A stretch of DNA of 64,000 bases from the human T2T-CHM13v2.0 reference genome, Homo sapiens: the NCBI RefSeq assembly GCF_009914755.1, contig NC_060927.1; one strand, 5' to 3'. The notes below the pieces were generated by a model. That model made no database searches. It saw only the letters and a list, made by a program, of their open reading frames with translations, and was not told where the DNA came from. Shown here in pieces: positions 1-20,129 of the stretch; the stretch's first letter is position 1; every line of letters begins with the position of its first letter. The position numbers and the translations under genes are program-made.

Positions 1-250
1 GTTAAGAGTCCAGGTTCAAATGTTAAACACTCTGGGTTTGCATTCTGATTCTATAACTCTGTGTGGGCAAGTTACTTACCATTCCTGTGTCTCACTTTCC
101 TTGTCTACTAAGTAGAGATATTAATAGCACTAGCTCAGAGATTTGTTGTAAGGATTAAACTGAGAAATATGTGAAAAAATATTTAAATAAGTATCTAGCA
201 CATAGTAGACATTCAGTAATATTAGCTTTTGATCATTACTATTATTATTA
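1..250 (+). mobile_element. MIR SINE (degenerate)
   Basis: MIR core and 3' similarity: gggcaagttacttacc...ctcactttccttgtct...gtaaggattaaactgag...gcacatagtagacattcagtaatattagct. Confidence 0.8.
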
Positions 251-469
251 TCATTAAAGACTTAAAAAGACTCTCCATAGTTCAGGCTCTGTGCTGGGCA
301 ACTTATATATGCATATTTTTAGCAGATACAAATATTTTTTACAATTTGTGTGTGTTCACTAATATATTTCAACCAAAAGGAGTTCCTAGCCCATAGTAGG
401 CACTCAGAAAATAACTGTTGAATGAATAAGAAATTTCATTTACTCCTCACAACAGCCTTAAAATGTAAC

Positions 470-935
470 AGGCACTCAGAATATAACAGTGAGCAAGACA
501 GAGTCCTAATTTTCAGGTCTGGTGTGATAAATCAACAGGCAATTCCTGTCCAGAGTGATTGCTCTGCTAAGGTAGTACAGGGCTTTTGGGAGCAGATATG
601 AGAAACACTTAATCCGAACTCAAGGGAACAGGTAAGACTTTCTGGAGGAAATGACATCCAGGCTGAAATGTGAAGCATGAGTAAGTGTTAGCCAGGCAAA
701 TCAGAGGTAACAATGTATGGCAAATCCAGAAGTTAAGAAAGTATGGTGACTTCATTTAAATGAATGTAGTTCTGTATAGATGAAGTGAGAGGTGAAGAGA
801 GGAGAAAAGAAGATGTAGATGTCAGTAGGACTATGAGTACAGTACTGGGGACCTGGACTTAGATTCTAACAGCAGTGAGGCAATGTAAATTATTTAAGTG
901 AGTGAGTGACATGGGCTTCGGAATGATCACTCTGG
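470..935 (-). mobile_element. L2 LINE fragment
   Basis: Degenerate antisense L2 motifs (cagtgagcaagacagagtcc, ggaggaaatgacatccaggctgaaatgtgaagcatgagta, gatcactctgg). Boundaries approximate. Confidence 0.6.
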
Positions 936-2399
936 TCATTTCTTCCATTTCAGTGGACTCCCAGAATTCTAACACTTGCCTTGAGCTAGATCAACTTTGG
1001 TATTCATTTGCATATTGGTAAATTTTTTAGTCCACATTACTAGAATTATAGTCATTTATGGTTTTGAGACACAGACCCATCTTTGTGGCAGTGGTCTCTA
1101 AGACCAAAACTATCCTGAACCTTATGAACCCATACTCTGTGGGTAGGCAGTTCTTATCAAAAGTAGATCCAATTAGATCTGTTAATTGTGTCATAGAATT
1201 TCTCAAAATTTCTCACTTGGCTACCTTCCCAACACCATATTATGACTGAACTAGTAGATCTCTCTCTGCTAAGGTTAGAGCAAAGAAGGAGAGTTAACTT
1301 TTTGCGCATTGGCTGACCCAGCCTCAGAACATTTTATATTATTTTCTAATATTGAATGACAGATGGAAAATTTTCAGGGAAGGAGGTAGGTGGTAAGATA
1401 GATATGGAACAAAAAAGTTCCAGATTCCTATAGACCTTTCATTTAATATGTTATTGTATCAATATTTAATGTATATTAAATAACAATATATTACCATGGG
1501 TAACTTCCTATATGGTTAGAATTCTGCCAATCTGAATTTTTCTTTCTCAGAATTCAAGGCGATAACATTATAAAAATAATAGTTATAGATCCTCAATAGG
1601 ATATTTCAAGGGAATTACATTCACCAAAAGGCAGCCTTTCATATAAACATATCATGCAAGCTGACATAAACACCTAAGTGAACCTAAATGAAAACAATGT
1701 TTTCTATTGCTCTGAGCTCTGTGTGAATTGGCTCATCATAGCAAAATGAGCTTCTTAGTGGTCAGTGCATTGAGAAAATGGAAGAACTGTCATGTATTCA
1801 AAAACCAGAACCAAGTACTGGATTAGAGATTAAGAAAAGACAATCTTTGGTTTTGGAATCAAAAGTGGGGAAGAATTAATTTAAAGCAAGATTTTAGAAG
1901 GATGGTGAGGAGTTTCTGAGAACTAAAGTGAATGGGAGGAAAGACCTTCATAGTGATCCCCTTACCCTCACTTTTCCCTCAGTGCTTTGTTGATTTCAGT
2001 GTGGCGAGTAGAAACGGAGAATGGGCCAAAGAAGACAGGTGAACCAAAGGAAAGAAGGGGAGGAAAAGATGAAAGGGCTGATGGAGAGCATTCTCCAAGC
2101 CACTCAGAATTTGGGGAGTACCACTACAGATAGTGAAGCACAAAAGAGCAAACATGCCATCCCCTTTGCTCACTGCCAACTCCAGCACGAAGTTGGGCGA
2201 CTGCCAGGCAGGCACTCCCAGTCGTCAAAAAGTGCAAATGTTACTCAGGGAACAATTAATGTGAGTTGTGTAATGTAATATGGGTCAAAAACATGAAAAG
2301 ACGTTTAAAATGTCAGCGGATGGCTCAGCACACCCATCAGCCAGCCAGAGAGCAGAACACCTGTTTTGCACTCAGTGGCACAGAAGCCACAATTTAGAC

Positions 2400-2511
2400 A
2401 AAAAAAAAAAAAAAAGAAAGGAAAGGAAAAAGGAAAAGGGGAAAGGGGAAAGGGAAAGGGAAAGGGGAAGGGGAAGGGAAGGACAGGGAAGGGAAGGGAG
2501 GGGAAGGGAAG
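2400..2511 (+). repeat. A16 followed by a (GGGAA/GGGAAA)n polypurine low-complexity tract
   Basis: About 110 nt of purines with a single C, read directly. Confidence 0.95.
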
Positions 2512-4027
2512 CCTGGATGGTCAGGGCTGAGAGAGAGAGGAGACAGGGACCCTGGGGATGCCCACAGGAGGCCAAAGGAAACGGCTGGAAACCCGGACAG
2601 ATTTGTTGTTTGAGGCAGAAAATAAAATGCTTATACAGTTGTAATAGAAGAAGAATGGCTTAAATTTTATAACAATTATTCATCCTATTTTGATATCTGG
2701 AGTATAATTAAATTCAAACTTCCTTTGTTTAATTAGCCATTAGGTTTGATGAAGTACATTTTCAAGTCAAGCAGAAAATGACTTTAAAGAAAGGTATGTC
2801 TGCAAGTGAAAGGGCAGAGGAAAGTCAGGCTGATATGTGAAAAAACAAAAGGACGGAAGAGTCTATCTGCCTTTATTATAGAACCCCTGAGAAGATTGCA
2901 GCACTGGGTTTTTTTTTTTATGCGGGTGGTGATGTGGCTAACTGTGATGTGCCCTTTTCTGCTTAATTCAAAGTTCAGCAAAAGTTTAAAAGGAAATGAA
3001 GTGAAAATTGATACTCAATAGATAATCACAGGAGAAAAAGATCAACATGTTGCTGCTGTGGACTTTTTTCAATGCTATGAACTTTTTTCAATGCCCTACT
3101 TTTGAGGATTCTTTTGATCATATAATTTTTTTATTCCCTAGTACTTAAGTTTTTGAAATAAAGGAATTACCTGCTAAAGGGAATTCTCCGTGTCATATTT
3201 TCAAAAGGCTCATTTTGTTACCATGTGCTTTAAAAGATTCCAGGACATGAAAGACAGGAAACACATCCATGTGAATAAGAGAGGTTGAGAATTACAGACT
3301 CCTTTCCAGTGGCATAAAATCTCTTTAATAAAAACTCTTATATATGATATCAATGGCCTTGCAAAGACATTTAGGCAATAATAAACTGCAAAGTGATTTA
3401 GCATGTGCAAAAACCCACCAAACTGTAAACTTACACCCTTTGACATTAATCTGTCATATAAGCAGGAGTAGGTACCTGACAAGACTTATATTAAAATATG
3501 TAAGTTATGCCTCAGTAAAACAATTGAAAATTAATTTAGAAGTTCTCGCTTGAGAAATCAGTGATAATGTGACACACATTGACCATTGTGGGTAAAATTA
3601 AAAGAAAATAGCTGCTCTTTTTGGCCAAAGGAATACTTAGAACATATTCATAGAATTGTTGAGTATTAAAGGTGAATAAAACCTAACTTTTTTGTCCATC
3701 TCTTCATTTTATAGTTGCAAAACAAGGCATTCCTCTCATCATGATATCTAGAGGTAATGTTCTTGCCCGAAGTGTTAAGAGCTAGGAAGTGACCATCACT
3801 ATCTTGAGACTATCGTCCACCCATTCCAAGGAAGCATAAACTATAAATTCCAACATTCTTATAGACTATTATGATTTAATAAATAACGTCGATTGGAACT
3901 AGAGAAACAGAACACATTTACCTGTTAATATTTGTAGAATAAACCTCATGAAATTACTTATGGAAACACAATTTTAAGGGATCTGTAGTGGGTTATCTTA
4001 TCTTGAGAAAAAAATCAGAGACCAAAG

Positions 4028-4028
<1 letters not shown>

Positions 4029-4062
<34 letters not shown>
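4029..4062. repeat. (TG)17 microsatellite
   Basis: Perfect dinucleotide run. Confidence 0.98.
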
Positions 4063-4067
<5 letters not shown>

Positions 4068-4214
4068 AATAGATGACTTCTGAAATGAAGTCATATACAT
4101 TCAGGAAGGAAGCCTAAGTTGTGTGTTTAGCAGATGTATTTTGAGAAATGCCTATTGGTGAGTAGTATTCTGCTCTCTAACAAGCAAAAAAGAGGAAATG
4201 AATTTAAATTAGAA

Positions 4215-4335
4215 CCAAAGGAATTTAAGTTAGATGGAAAGATCTTATTGGCAGTGAAGATTTTATAAACCCTGGAAAAGATTCCTGGAGAGGTTTTCAA
4301 ATTCTCTATCTGAATGTACTTAAAAGAAGAGAGAT
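4215..4335 (+). mobile_element. Possible L3/CR1 3' fragment
   Basis: Weak similarity to the CR1 3' end (atttaagttagatggaaag...cctggagaggttttcaaattctctatctgaatgtacttaa). Confidence 0.35.
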
Positions 4336-6019
4336 ACCTATCGGCTCAGGGTGGTTGAGGTAGAGACCTGCCTGGAAGTTGCTTTCAGCTGAATTCTCTG
4401 CAAGTCCAGATTAGTTCCTGACAATGCTCAGGATGTCAAAGACTGTAAATGCTAGACAGTGGCAAGCAATATTGCCCCTTAAAACAAAAACAAAAACAAA
4501 ACTCACCAAAGTAATCATTTCCTTGGAAAGTTAATTGGCATATGGTAGTTGGTTATAAGTGAAATGTTCAATTGTAATACATTCTTGTTTTATTTTCTTT
4601 TTAGCCTAGTTTCCAATGGAAAGAAGCCTTATGAAATTTCTCTGGCAGGCTATGCCCTGCTTACTACAATTTTTATTTTCCTTCTGTCAGTTGGTTACAA
4701 GCAAATCTCTTAGAAAAACCTAAACCTAAGTAGCAATACATGTACCCTCTGAGTAAATTCCTCTGAAGGAAATACCCTCTCCCTTAACTCCAAAGGAAAA
4801 CTTTCTCTCCTAATTGAAAGGAGCAGAATGATTATCCCAACACCATCAGCCCTCTTCTTCCTTACCTTCACAGAGTCCACACAAATTCTCTTCATCTTGC
4901 AGAATTATTTCTTCTCATTTCCAACCCACAAACAGCACATACACTAACAGTTCATACCAAAATTCACTAATTTGCTGTACTTCTCTGCTTATATAGCTGT
5001 GTGTCTGTTTACCCCATTGTGTTTGCCACAACTATTGTTTGGTTTTTATTGCAAGCTCCTGAAGGTGAAGGATGGAGTCTGTTTGACTTGCTTTGCACGA
5101 CACTGTGTGTACATGCAGGTGGACACCATGTGACTGTCCTTGACAATAATGGTTTCTGACATGACTGGATGCTCAAAAAATAATCCCATGGATTAGCTAA
5201 AGTTGGAGAGAGAGGACTCAGTTTGCAGAATCTGTGTCATTGGTTGGTCCTCCTATATGTCACATACCAAGGTGATAACTGTCTGTCAGGAGTCATCAGG
5301 GCAGTGAGCACTGTGGACAAGGGCCCAATCAGCAGCTAGAAAATCTAAGTCTAGCCTAAAATGCACAGAAATCAAAACTGCATTTATTTGCATGCTTTCC
5401 TTTCACCATGACCCGTCCTTCTCTTGTGTATAAATCCAGTCTTGCTGGAGTTCTCAGCTCAGAGCAGTCTGCCATTGCCCATTGCCATACCAGGCTGTTA
5501 AATCTCAGACACACCCTGGAAGACTATCAAGTTCACAGTAACTTGTTTTTCTTATTTCTTTGTGTTTATAGTCTAGAGGGAACAGAACTCATTTTTACAA
5601 AGATTAATATTTCTTCTTTCCCACCAATTCCCACACAACCCCTTCCAACCTTCCTTTACATCAGTCTTCCTCACTGACCCAAGAAGACAGAGATAAGTCA
5701 ATCCACATTTCTTAGTTAGGTTAAAAAATTCCAATGCTTTTTCATATCTAGGGTCTTCAAAGTTAGGTTTTCAGAGAACAAAATGATTGATGAAAACCTG
5801 TTTCTCACAGAAAGCACAGGAAATGACATTTCATTTAATTCAACAAATATTTTCTAGGCACCAATTATGAGCCACTCACTGTGTATTGGGGAAAGAAAAG
5901 GGAACAAAACATAGACTCTGGCTTCATATAATATATTTGGAGGTGTATGTGTCTATGTGTGTGTAATAGTCAATTTAAGATTTTATTACGTGATCTTAAA
6001 TATAATAAGATTGCTTTAT

Positions 6020-6125
6020 TTTGGATTGTGGTAAGGATTAAATGATGTATAATATAGTTAAAGTATACTTGACACAGAGCCTGGCATGTAAGACATCCTC
6101 AATAAACAACAGCTGTTACTATTAC
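6020..6125 (+). mobile_element. MIR 3' fragment
   Basis: gtaaggattaaatgatgtataatatagttaaagtatacttgacacagagcctggcatgta...ctcaataaa. Confidence 0.7.
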
Positions 6126-6435
6126 TGAAAGAGGCTTAATTTAGAGCAATTCTGGGGGGAGTGCTCTCTCTGGAAATCAAATTTTACCTTGGATTAAGGG
6201 CAATGTATTTTGATTGTTATGGGAAGAAGAGGAATCATCCAAGAGTTGGATTCTCACCGAACTCTCCCTGGACAGCAGGACATTGCTGAGTTCACCCACT
6301 GCCATAAGAAAGTTCTTCTCTTAGCTTCTTTTAAACGTCTGTTTGAAAACTTTTCTTACTGTAAAATGTTACATTTCCTGAAAGAAGCAGCACATCATAA
6401 AGTGTTTTGGCACAGAGCTCATTCTACCTGCTCAT

Positions 6436-9510
<3,075 letters not shown>

Positions 9511-12039
9511 TAAAATGATTTTACAGAGCATCATTTTAATGATTTAGCTCTTACTGAATACATATCAACAATTAATCTTAAACAGGAATAATACAACTTT
9601 TAACCTCAGGAAAAACTAAGTCAAATTGTAGTCACCCAGTGAATTTCTTTTTTAAACTTGCCCAATACAAATGGCTTCACTGGCCATCTTAGCTTACCTA
9701 TAGTATTTAATTAATCAATTATTCAATTAATTAATTGTATGGTTAAATATATGAATGGATCATCATGTAAATGTCAAGATAATTGAATACAAGTATCTCA
9801 TAATATTATTAGCCCAAGCAAAGGAATCCACTTACTTCACTCTTTTTGGTTCAATTTAAGATTTGCTCTATACTCTCAAATATCTGGATAAGTAAAAGAA
9901 GACTTCCTGCCATGTTCTTCTTTAATATTTACCATTAGAAAAAGCCTGTCTTTTCCTGACCTCTGTTATTTAGAAGACCTCTGACCATGTCCTGCATCAC
10001 CATTATATTCTCAATATGTTTTCCTGACTGAAGGTTCATCCAGTTGTTTCATTTGAAAAAAAGCTAGTATTTCACCTTCCATATTTCCTCAACAAGAATG
10101 AGGAATTCTGGGAAACATTTGATATATTTCCATCTATTTCAAAAGTATCAGAAGGATGCACTAGAATGAAAATCTTATAGGTATCTTCTGTCAAACATTG
10201 CCACTTAAATTATAGTATGAGGGCCTAACTTTAGCTTCCAACTATGGAAGCTTCTGTTCTCCAGCTCTCTAAGCTGATGTTGCTTTTTCTCAAATTTACT
10301 TACATATTGAAGTGTTAATTTCTCACACCTACCTTCTTTATTCCAAACTAATAGAATCCAAAGATTTCATACAAACTTCAGTTATTTAGATCTTTTCAGT
10401 GTTTTCCTTTACCAGATTATTTAGGTTTGGCTTCTTTGAACTTTGAAACCATTAAATATGGTCATGAGACCATTGCATGGGTTTTATTTTTTTTAAAAAA
10501 AGAAAAGGAAAATTAAGGTCTCTCTAAACATAATGTACTCAAAAGAAAGCCAGTGATCTACCAATCTAGACACTCGATGGTGCCTTAGTACATCCTTAGG
10601 GAATTTTTTCCTCTCTTCTAATTTATCATGATTAGCTGTTAGTTCAGAATTGATCCTATTTCTTTAGAAATGGATGTCATAATCCTAGAGTTTTATGAGA
10701 CTCTACAACCTTTAGTTTTTGTAAAAAATCAGCCAAAGGCTTAAAGAGTTCCTTCAGATGGGTAAAGAAAGGGAAATTATCTCTCCCCACCCCTTCCTCT
10801 AGCTCTCCAAGCATGATAAGAAGCATGAAACCAAATCAGATGTACTACTCTATGAGAAGGTAAGAATAGCTTAAAGGAACCTCAAGATGCCTCACCCAAT
10901 TGTCTTTTTCTAAATCCTGGCACTTTAATACAACACAAATGTGCAGTCCCTATGGAAACCTTGTGCCCAATTTAATAGCATTGTTGATCAATGAACATTT
11001 GTCATGCTCCAGACAACTGCCATGAATCAGTAAGATAAAATACAGCATCCCTTAAAAAACTTGAAACCAAACTCTGGGATGATGTCAATGGGATAAGAAT
11101 AGGCAGTTCCTTTCTTTTCCTGATTCCTCTTCACCAATCTTCTCCTTCAACATTGCATGAAAGAATAGAATCTTTATTTCCATTGCCTTTATTCATTTAC
11201 TGCACAGTCGTAAGGATTAAATGAGACTGTGCAGATAACACAATTAGGAAGGAGACTGGCTCAAAGGACATGTTTAACAAATATGTGTTTCCTCTTCCTT
11301 CAGGAACCATAAGAATGTGGTAAGCCTGTTTTGTGAAGGAAATTCAAAACTGGTGAAGATAGGCTATGTTGAAATGCATATCAAAACTTCTGCCTGATCA
11401 TCTGAGAGAATACTATATATTTTTTGAAATGTTATGACATATCTGTAAATGACAATTTAGATTTTGAGTCTTGTTATCATACCTGGCCACTGAAGCCCAG
11501 CCACTAAGTTTCCTGCACCCCAGAGTGAATGATAGAGAAACAGCTTGAACTCCCATGCACTCAATGGAGTCATTAAGACGTCTCATTCTGGAGGCTTGTA
11601 TTAAACTAGCCTCCAAAAATGAAACACTTTTTTCAACACTTTCAGTGTGAAAGGAAAGTCTTTTTATTAAGACTTGTTCCTTACTCAGTAAATAAATCAC
11701 ATATTTGGCAGCAATAAAAATATTGGTGAGAAGTGAACGTTATTCATTTCAAAGCAAGGAGCCTGTTGAGTGGTGGTACAGTTTTTAAAATACTGATTTG
11801 ACAAAAGAGCTCTCAGCGAACTCATGAAATAATTTTATGCTTTTGTAATTTTTGTTTGTGGCCTTTTCTTTTTTCAAAATTGAAGCTATGTACTTAACTC
11901 TAATCAGAACCATTAAAGTCTTTTAAAATGCCCATATAGTTTACAATTTCTGTTCTTTTTTAAAAATCATGTCATGACGTTTCTTTTGTAGTGCTAAGTT
12001 CTGTGTTTCAAAAGCACAAAGAATATTTATTTGTAAGGA

Positions 12040-12660
12040 GTCTAGTAAATATTTATGGAATGCCTACCATGTGCCAGGCCTGGTTCTGGTTGCAAAAGAT
12101 GTTACAGTACACAAAGCAAGTTTCCTGCTTTGGAGTAGTTGGGGAGAGAAGAACGATAGGGGTTGAGACAGACTGAAAATAAACAAAATGTATAATTAAG
12201 TAAGGAAGCTATCACTGCTACTACAGAATTAAAGAGAATTAAATATATATAAAAATGAGTGCTTAACTTTAGATTGGATGTTCAAGAAAAACCTTTTTGA
12301 GGAAGTGATATTCAAGAGGAGATTGAAATGGTGAAGCGTCCAGACAGCCATGCAGTGCTCTGGAGGAACAGCATTATAGACAGAGGAATGGCAAAGCCCT
12401 ATAAGTAAGGATCAGCTCTCTGTTTTTCATAAGTTGAAGGCCAGTGTGGCCAGGGTGGAGGATAAGAAGGGAGAGGTCAAGGTTGGAAAGAAGCCAGAGT
12501 GGGAATAATGTGGGGCATAGCAGCCAGGAAATAAGTTTAGATTCATTCTCAGTGCCATGGGGAGCTATTGGGTATGGGGACTGGGGTACAGAAGCAGGAG
12601 AATGCCATGATCTGATCTACATTTTTCAAAGTGCACCTCATCTGCTGTGCACAGAGTAGA
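12040..12660 (-). mobile_element. L2 LINE fragment
   Basis: aaatatttatggaatgcctaccatgtgccaggc (antisense L2 3' end) followed by typical degenerate L2 body. Confidence 0.7.
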
Positions 12661-12974
12661 GCAAGAGTAGAGGTGTGTTTAAGGCAATTGCAACCACTGA
12701 AGGGATGTAAGCAAGAAAACTGACTCATTTGTTTTGGTTTTTGTTCTCAAGATCTGACTATGGTATAGAAACTGGACTATGGTAGAAACGGAGGTATCAA
12801 AGGAGCCAGAGTGAAAGAACTTTCAGTAAATTTGGAAAGTGGTGTGAATTCAGATATGGAGGTCAGATGGTGTCCTTGGGTTATAAGAAGAGACAACACT
12901 CATGAACAATTATTATGCTTATTATTTATAAACACACAAATATAAGTATAAAACTATTAAGGCCACATAACAAA

Positions 12975-13160
12975 ATGAGAGTGATGCCTCTACAAGCTGA
13001 GAGACAGCAAGGCTTGTTAACAAACACCAGAGCTGGAAGGGGCAGAAGAATTCTTTTCTAGAACCCTCAGAGGGGGCATAGCCCTGCCAATATCTTGATT
13101 TCGGACTTCCAGACTCCAGACTTCAGACTTGGAGAGAATATATTTTTGTTGTTTTAAGGC
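12975..13160 (+). mobile_element. MLT1 (MaLR) LTR fragment
   Basis: ctagaaccctcagagggggcatagccctgccaatatcttgatttcggacttccag...gagagaatatatttttgttgttttaag, the MLT1 3' hallmark. Confidence 0.75.
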
Positions 13161-13199
13161 AAAAACTAATAAATAAATAAAACGATTAATGCATTCTTA

Positions 13200-13313
13200 T
13201 TTATAAATACATAAATTCTTTTAATCATCACCATATTCAATGGAATAGGTACTCAGCTCATTTTCCTTATATGAAGAATCCAAGTCAAAGTGGTAAATCA
13301 AGTTTCCAAATAT
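13200..13313 (-). mobile_element. MIR, left part (continues at ~21739-21800 after THE1D)
   Basis: ctcattttccttatatgaagaatccaagtcaaagtggtaaatcaagtttccaaa joins gtaaatggcaaatctaggattcaaagctcagtc once THE1D is removed. Confidence 0.6.
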
Positions 13314-13318
13314 CCAGG

Positions 13319-13697
13319 TGTATTAGTCCCTTCTCATGCTGCTAATAAAGACATACCCAAGACTTGGTAATTTATAAAGGAAAGAGATTTAATTGATTCA
13401 CAGTTCAGCATGGCTGGGGAGGCCTAAGGAAACTTACTACAATCATGGTGAAACGGGAAGCAAACACATCCTTCTTCACATGGCAGCAGCAAGGAGAAGT
13501 GCCAAGCAAAAGGGGGAAAAGGCCCTTATAAAACCATCAGATCTCATGAGCACTCACTCACTATCCTGAGAACAGCATAAGGGTAACCACCCTCATGATT
13601 AAATTACCTTCCCCTGGGTCCCTCCCATGACACATGGGGATTACGGGAACTATAATTCAAGATGAGATTTGGGTGGGGACACAGCCAAACCATATCA
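13319..13697 (-). mobile_element. THE1D 3' LTR
   Basis: TG...CA termini and THE1D-type internal motifs (gtgaagaaggatgtgtttgcttccc on the - strand). Confidence 0.9.
13596..13606 (-). promoter_or_regulatory. DUX4 consensus site TAATTTAATCA in THE1D 3' LTR
   Basis: + strand tgattaaatta is an exact match to TAAYYYAATCA. Motif only, binding not shown. Confidence 0.55.
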
Positions 13698-14391
13698 TTC
13701 TGCCCCTGGCCCCTCCCAAATCTCATGTCCTCACATTTCAAAACACAATCATGCCTTCCCAACAGTCTCCCAAAGTCTTAACTCATTCCAGCAGTAACTC
13801 AAAAGTCCAAGTCCAAAGTCTCATCTAAGACAAGGCAAGTCCCTCCCACCTATGAGCCTATAAAATCAAAAGCAAGTTAGTTACTTTCAAGATACAATGG
13901 GGGTACAGGTATTGGGAAAATACACCCTTTCCAAATGGCAGAAATTGGCCAAAACGAAAGGACTACAGGCCGCATGCAAGTCAAAAATACAGCAGGGTAG
14001 CCAAATATTAAAGCTCCAGAATGATCTCCTTTGTCTCAATGTCTCATATCCGGGTCATGCCGATGCAAAATGTCAGCTCCCACGGCCTTGGGCAACTCTA
14101 CTCCTGTGGCTTTGCAGGGTACAGCCTCTCTCCCAGCTTTTTTCTTTTTTTTTTTTTTTTAAACTTTCCTTTTTTTATTATTATTATTATACTTTTAAGT
14201 TTTAGGGTACATGTGCACATTGTGCAGGTTAGTTACATATGTATACATGTGCCATGCTGGTGTGCTGCACCCACTAACTCATCATCTAGCATTAGGTATA
14301 TCTCCCAATGCTATCCCTCCCCCCTCCCCACACCCCACAACAGTCCCCAGAGTGTGATATTCCCCTTCCTGTGTCCATGTGATCTCATTGT

Positions 14392-18290
<3,899 letters not shown>

Positions 18291-18353
18291 TATGATGTTA
18301 GCTGGTTATGTTGCTCATTAGTTGATGCAGTTTCTTCCTAGTCTCGATGGTCT

Positions 18354-19367
18354 TTACATTTTGGCATGATTTTGCAGCGGCTGGTACCAGTTGTTCCTTT
18401 CCATATTTAGTGCTTCCTTCAGGAGCTCTTTTAGGGCAGGCCTGGTGGTGACAAAATCTCCAGCATTTGCTTGTCTGTAAAGTATTTTATTTCTCCTTCA
18501 CTTATGAAGCTTAGTTTGGCTGGATATGAAATTCTGGGTTGAAAATTCTTTTCTTTAAGAATGTTGAATATTGGCCCCCACTCTCTTCTGGCTTGTAGGG
18601 TTTCTGCCAAGAGATCCGCTGTCAGTCTGATGGGCTTCCCTTTGAGGGTAACCCGACCTTTCTCTCTGGCTGCCCTTAACATTTTTTCCTTCATTCAACT
18701 TTGGTGAATCTGACAATTATGTGTCTCGGAGTTGCTCTTCTCAAGGAGTATCTTTGTGGCATTCTCTGTATTTCCTGAATCTGAACGTTGGCCTGCCTTG
18801 CTAGGTTGGGGAAGTTCTCCTGGATAATATCCTGCAGAGTGTTTTCCAACTTGGTTCCATTCTCCCCATCACTTTCAGGTACACCAATCAGACGTAGATT
18901 TGGTCTTTTCACATAGTCCCATATTTCTTGGAGGCTTTGCTCATTTCTTTTTATTCTTTTTTCTCTAAACTTCCCTTCTCGCTTCATTTCATTCATTTCA
19001 TCTTCCATTGCTGATACCCTTTCTTCCAGTTGATCGCATCGGCTCCTGAGGCTTCTGCATTCTTCATGTAGTTCTCGAGCCTTGGTTTTCAGCTCCATCA
19101 GGTCCTTTAAGCACTTCTCTGTATTGGTTATTCTAGTTTTACATTCTTCTAAATTTTTTCAAAGTTTTCAACTTCTTTGCCTTTGGTTTGAATGTCCTCC
19201 CATAGCTCAGAGTAATTTGATCATCTGAAGCCTTCTTCTCTCAGCTCCTCAAAGTCATTCTCCATCCAGCTTTGTTCCATCGCTGGTGAGGAACTGCGTT
19301 CCTTTGGAGGAGGAGAGGCGCTCTGATTTTTAGAGTTTCCAGTTTTTCTGTTCTGTTTTTTCCCCAT
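18354..19367 (-). pseudogene. L1 ORF1, disrupted
   Basis: ATG at 19367 (aagATGgggaaaaaacag). Fragments 18691-19098 and 18431-18694 translate as ORF1p (REKRIKRNEQSLQEIWDYVKRPNLRLIG, YPAKLS). Internal stop and two frameshifts. Confidence 0.95.
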
Positions 19368-19669
19368 CTTTGTGGTTTTATCTGCTTTTGGTCTTTAATG
19401 ATGGTGATGTACAGATGGGTTTTTGGTGTGGATGTCCTTTCTGTTTGTTAGTTTTCCTTCTAACAGACAGGACCCTCAGCTGCAGGTCTGTTGGAATACG
19501 CTGCCGTGTGAGGTGTCAGTGTGCCCCTGCTGGGGGTGCCTCCTAGTTAGGCTGCTCGGGGTTCAGGGGTCAGGGACCCACTTGAGGAGGCAGTCTGCCC
19601 GTTCTCAGATCTCCAGCTGCGTGATGGGAGAACCACTGCTCTCTTTAAAGCTGTCAGACAGGGACATTT

Positions 19670-19870
19670 AAGTCTGCAGGAGTTACTGCTGTCTTTTTGT
19701 TTGTCTGTGCCCTGCCCCCAGAGGTGGAGCCTACAGAGGCAGGCAGGCCTCCTTGAGCTGTGGTGGCTCCACCCAGTTCGAGCTTCCTGGCTGCTTTGTT
19801 TACCTAATCAAGCCTGAGCAATGGCGGGCACCCCTCCCCCAGCCTCGCTGCTGCCTTGCAGTTTGATCTC
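19670..19870 (+). promoter_or_regulatory. L1 antisense promoter region (inferred from position)
   Basis: Corresponds to about nt 400-600 of an intact L1 5'UTR, where the antisense promoter maps. Activity at this copy not shown. Confidence 0.55.
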
Positions 19871-20129
19871 AGACTGCTGTGCTAGCAATCAGCGAGATTC
19901 CGTGGGCGTAGGACCCTCTGAGCCAGATGTGGGATATAATCTCTTGGTGCGCCGTTTTTTAAGCCCGTCAGAAAAGCGCAGTATTTGGGTGGGAGTGACC
20001 CAATTTTCCAGGTGCTGTCCGTCACCCCTTTCTTTGACTCAGAAAGGGAACTCCCTGACCCCTTGCGCTTCCCAAGTGAGGCAATGCCTCGCCCTGCTTT
20101 GGCTCGTGCACGGTGCGCGCACCCACTGA
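19821..20129 (+). CDS. LINE-1 ORF0, open (102 aa, longer C-terminal form)
   Basis: MAGTPPPASLLPCSLISDCCASNQRDSVGVGPSEP... matches primate L1 ORF0, with a strong-context start gcaATGg. Expression unknown. Confidence 0.7.
   Translation: MAGTPPPASLLPCSLISDCCASNQRDSVGVGPSEPDVGYNLLVRRFLSPSEKRSIWVGVTQFSRCCPSPLSLTQKGNSLTPCASQVRQCLALLWLVHGARTH

Noticed and set aside
2415-2511. EWS-FLI1-type GGAA microsatellite
   Set aside because: Units are GGGAA/GGGAAA, not consecutive GGAA tetramers.
2280-2663. 127-aa K/E/R/G-rich ORF
   Set aside because: It stays open only because it crosses a purine simple repeat.
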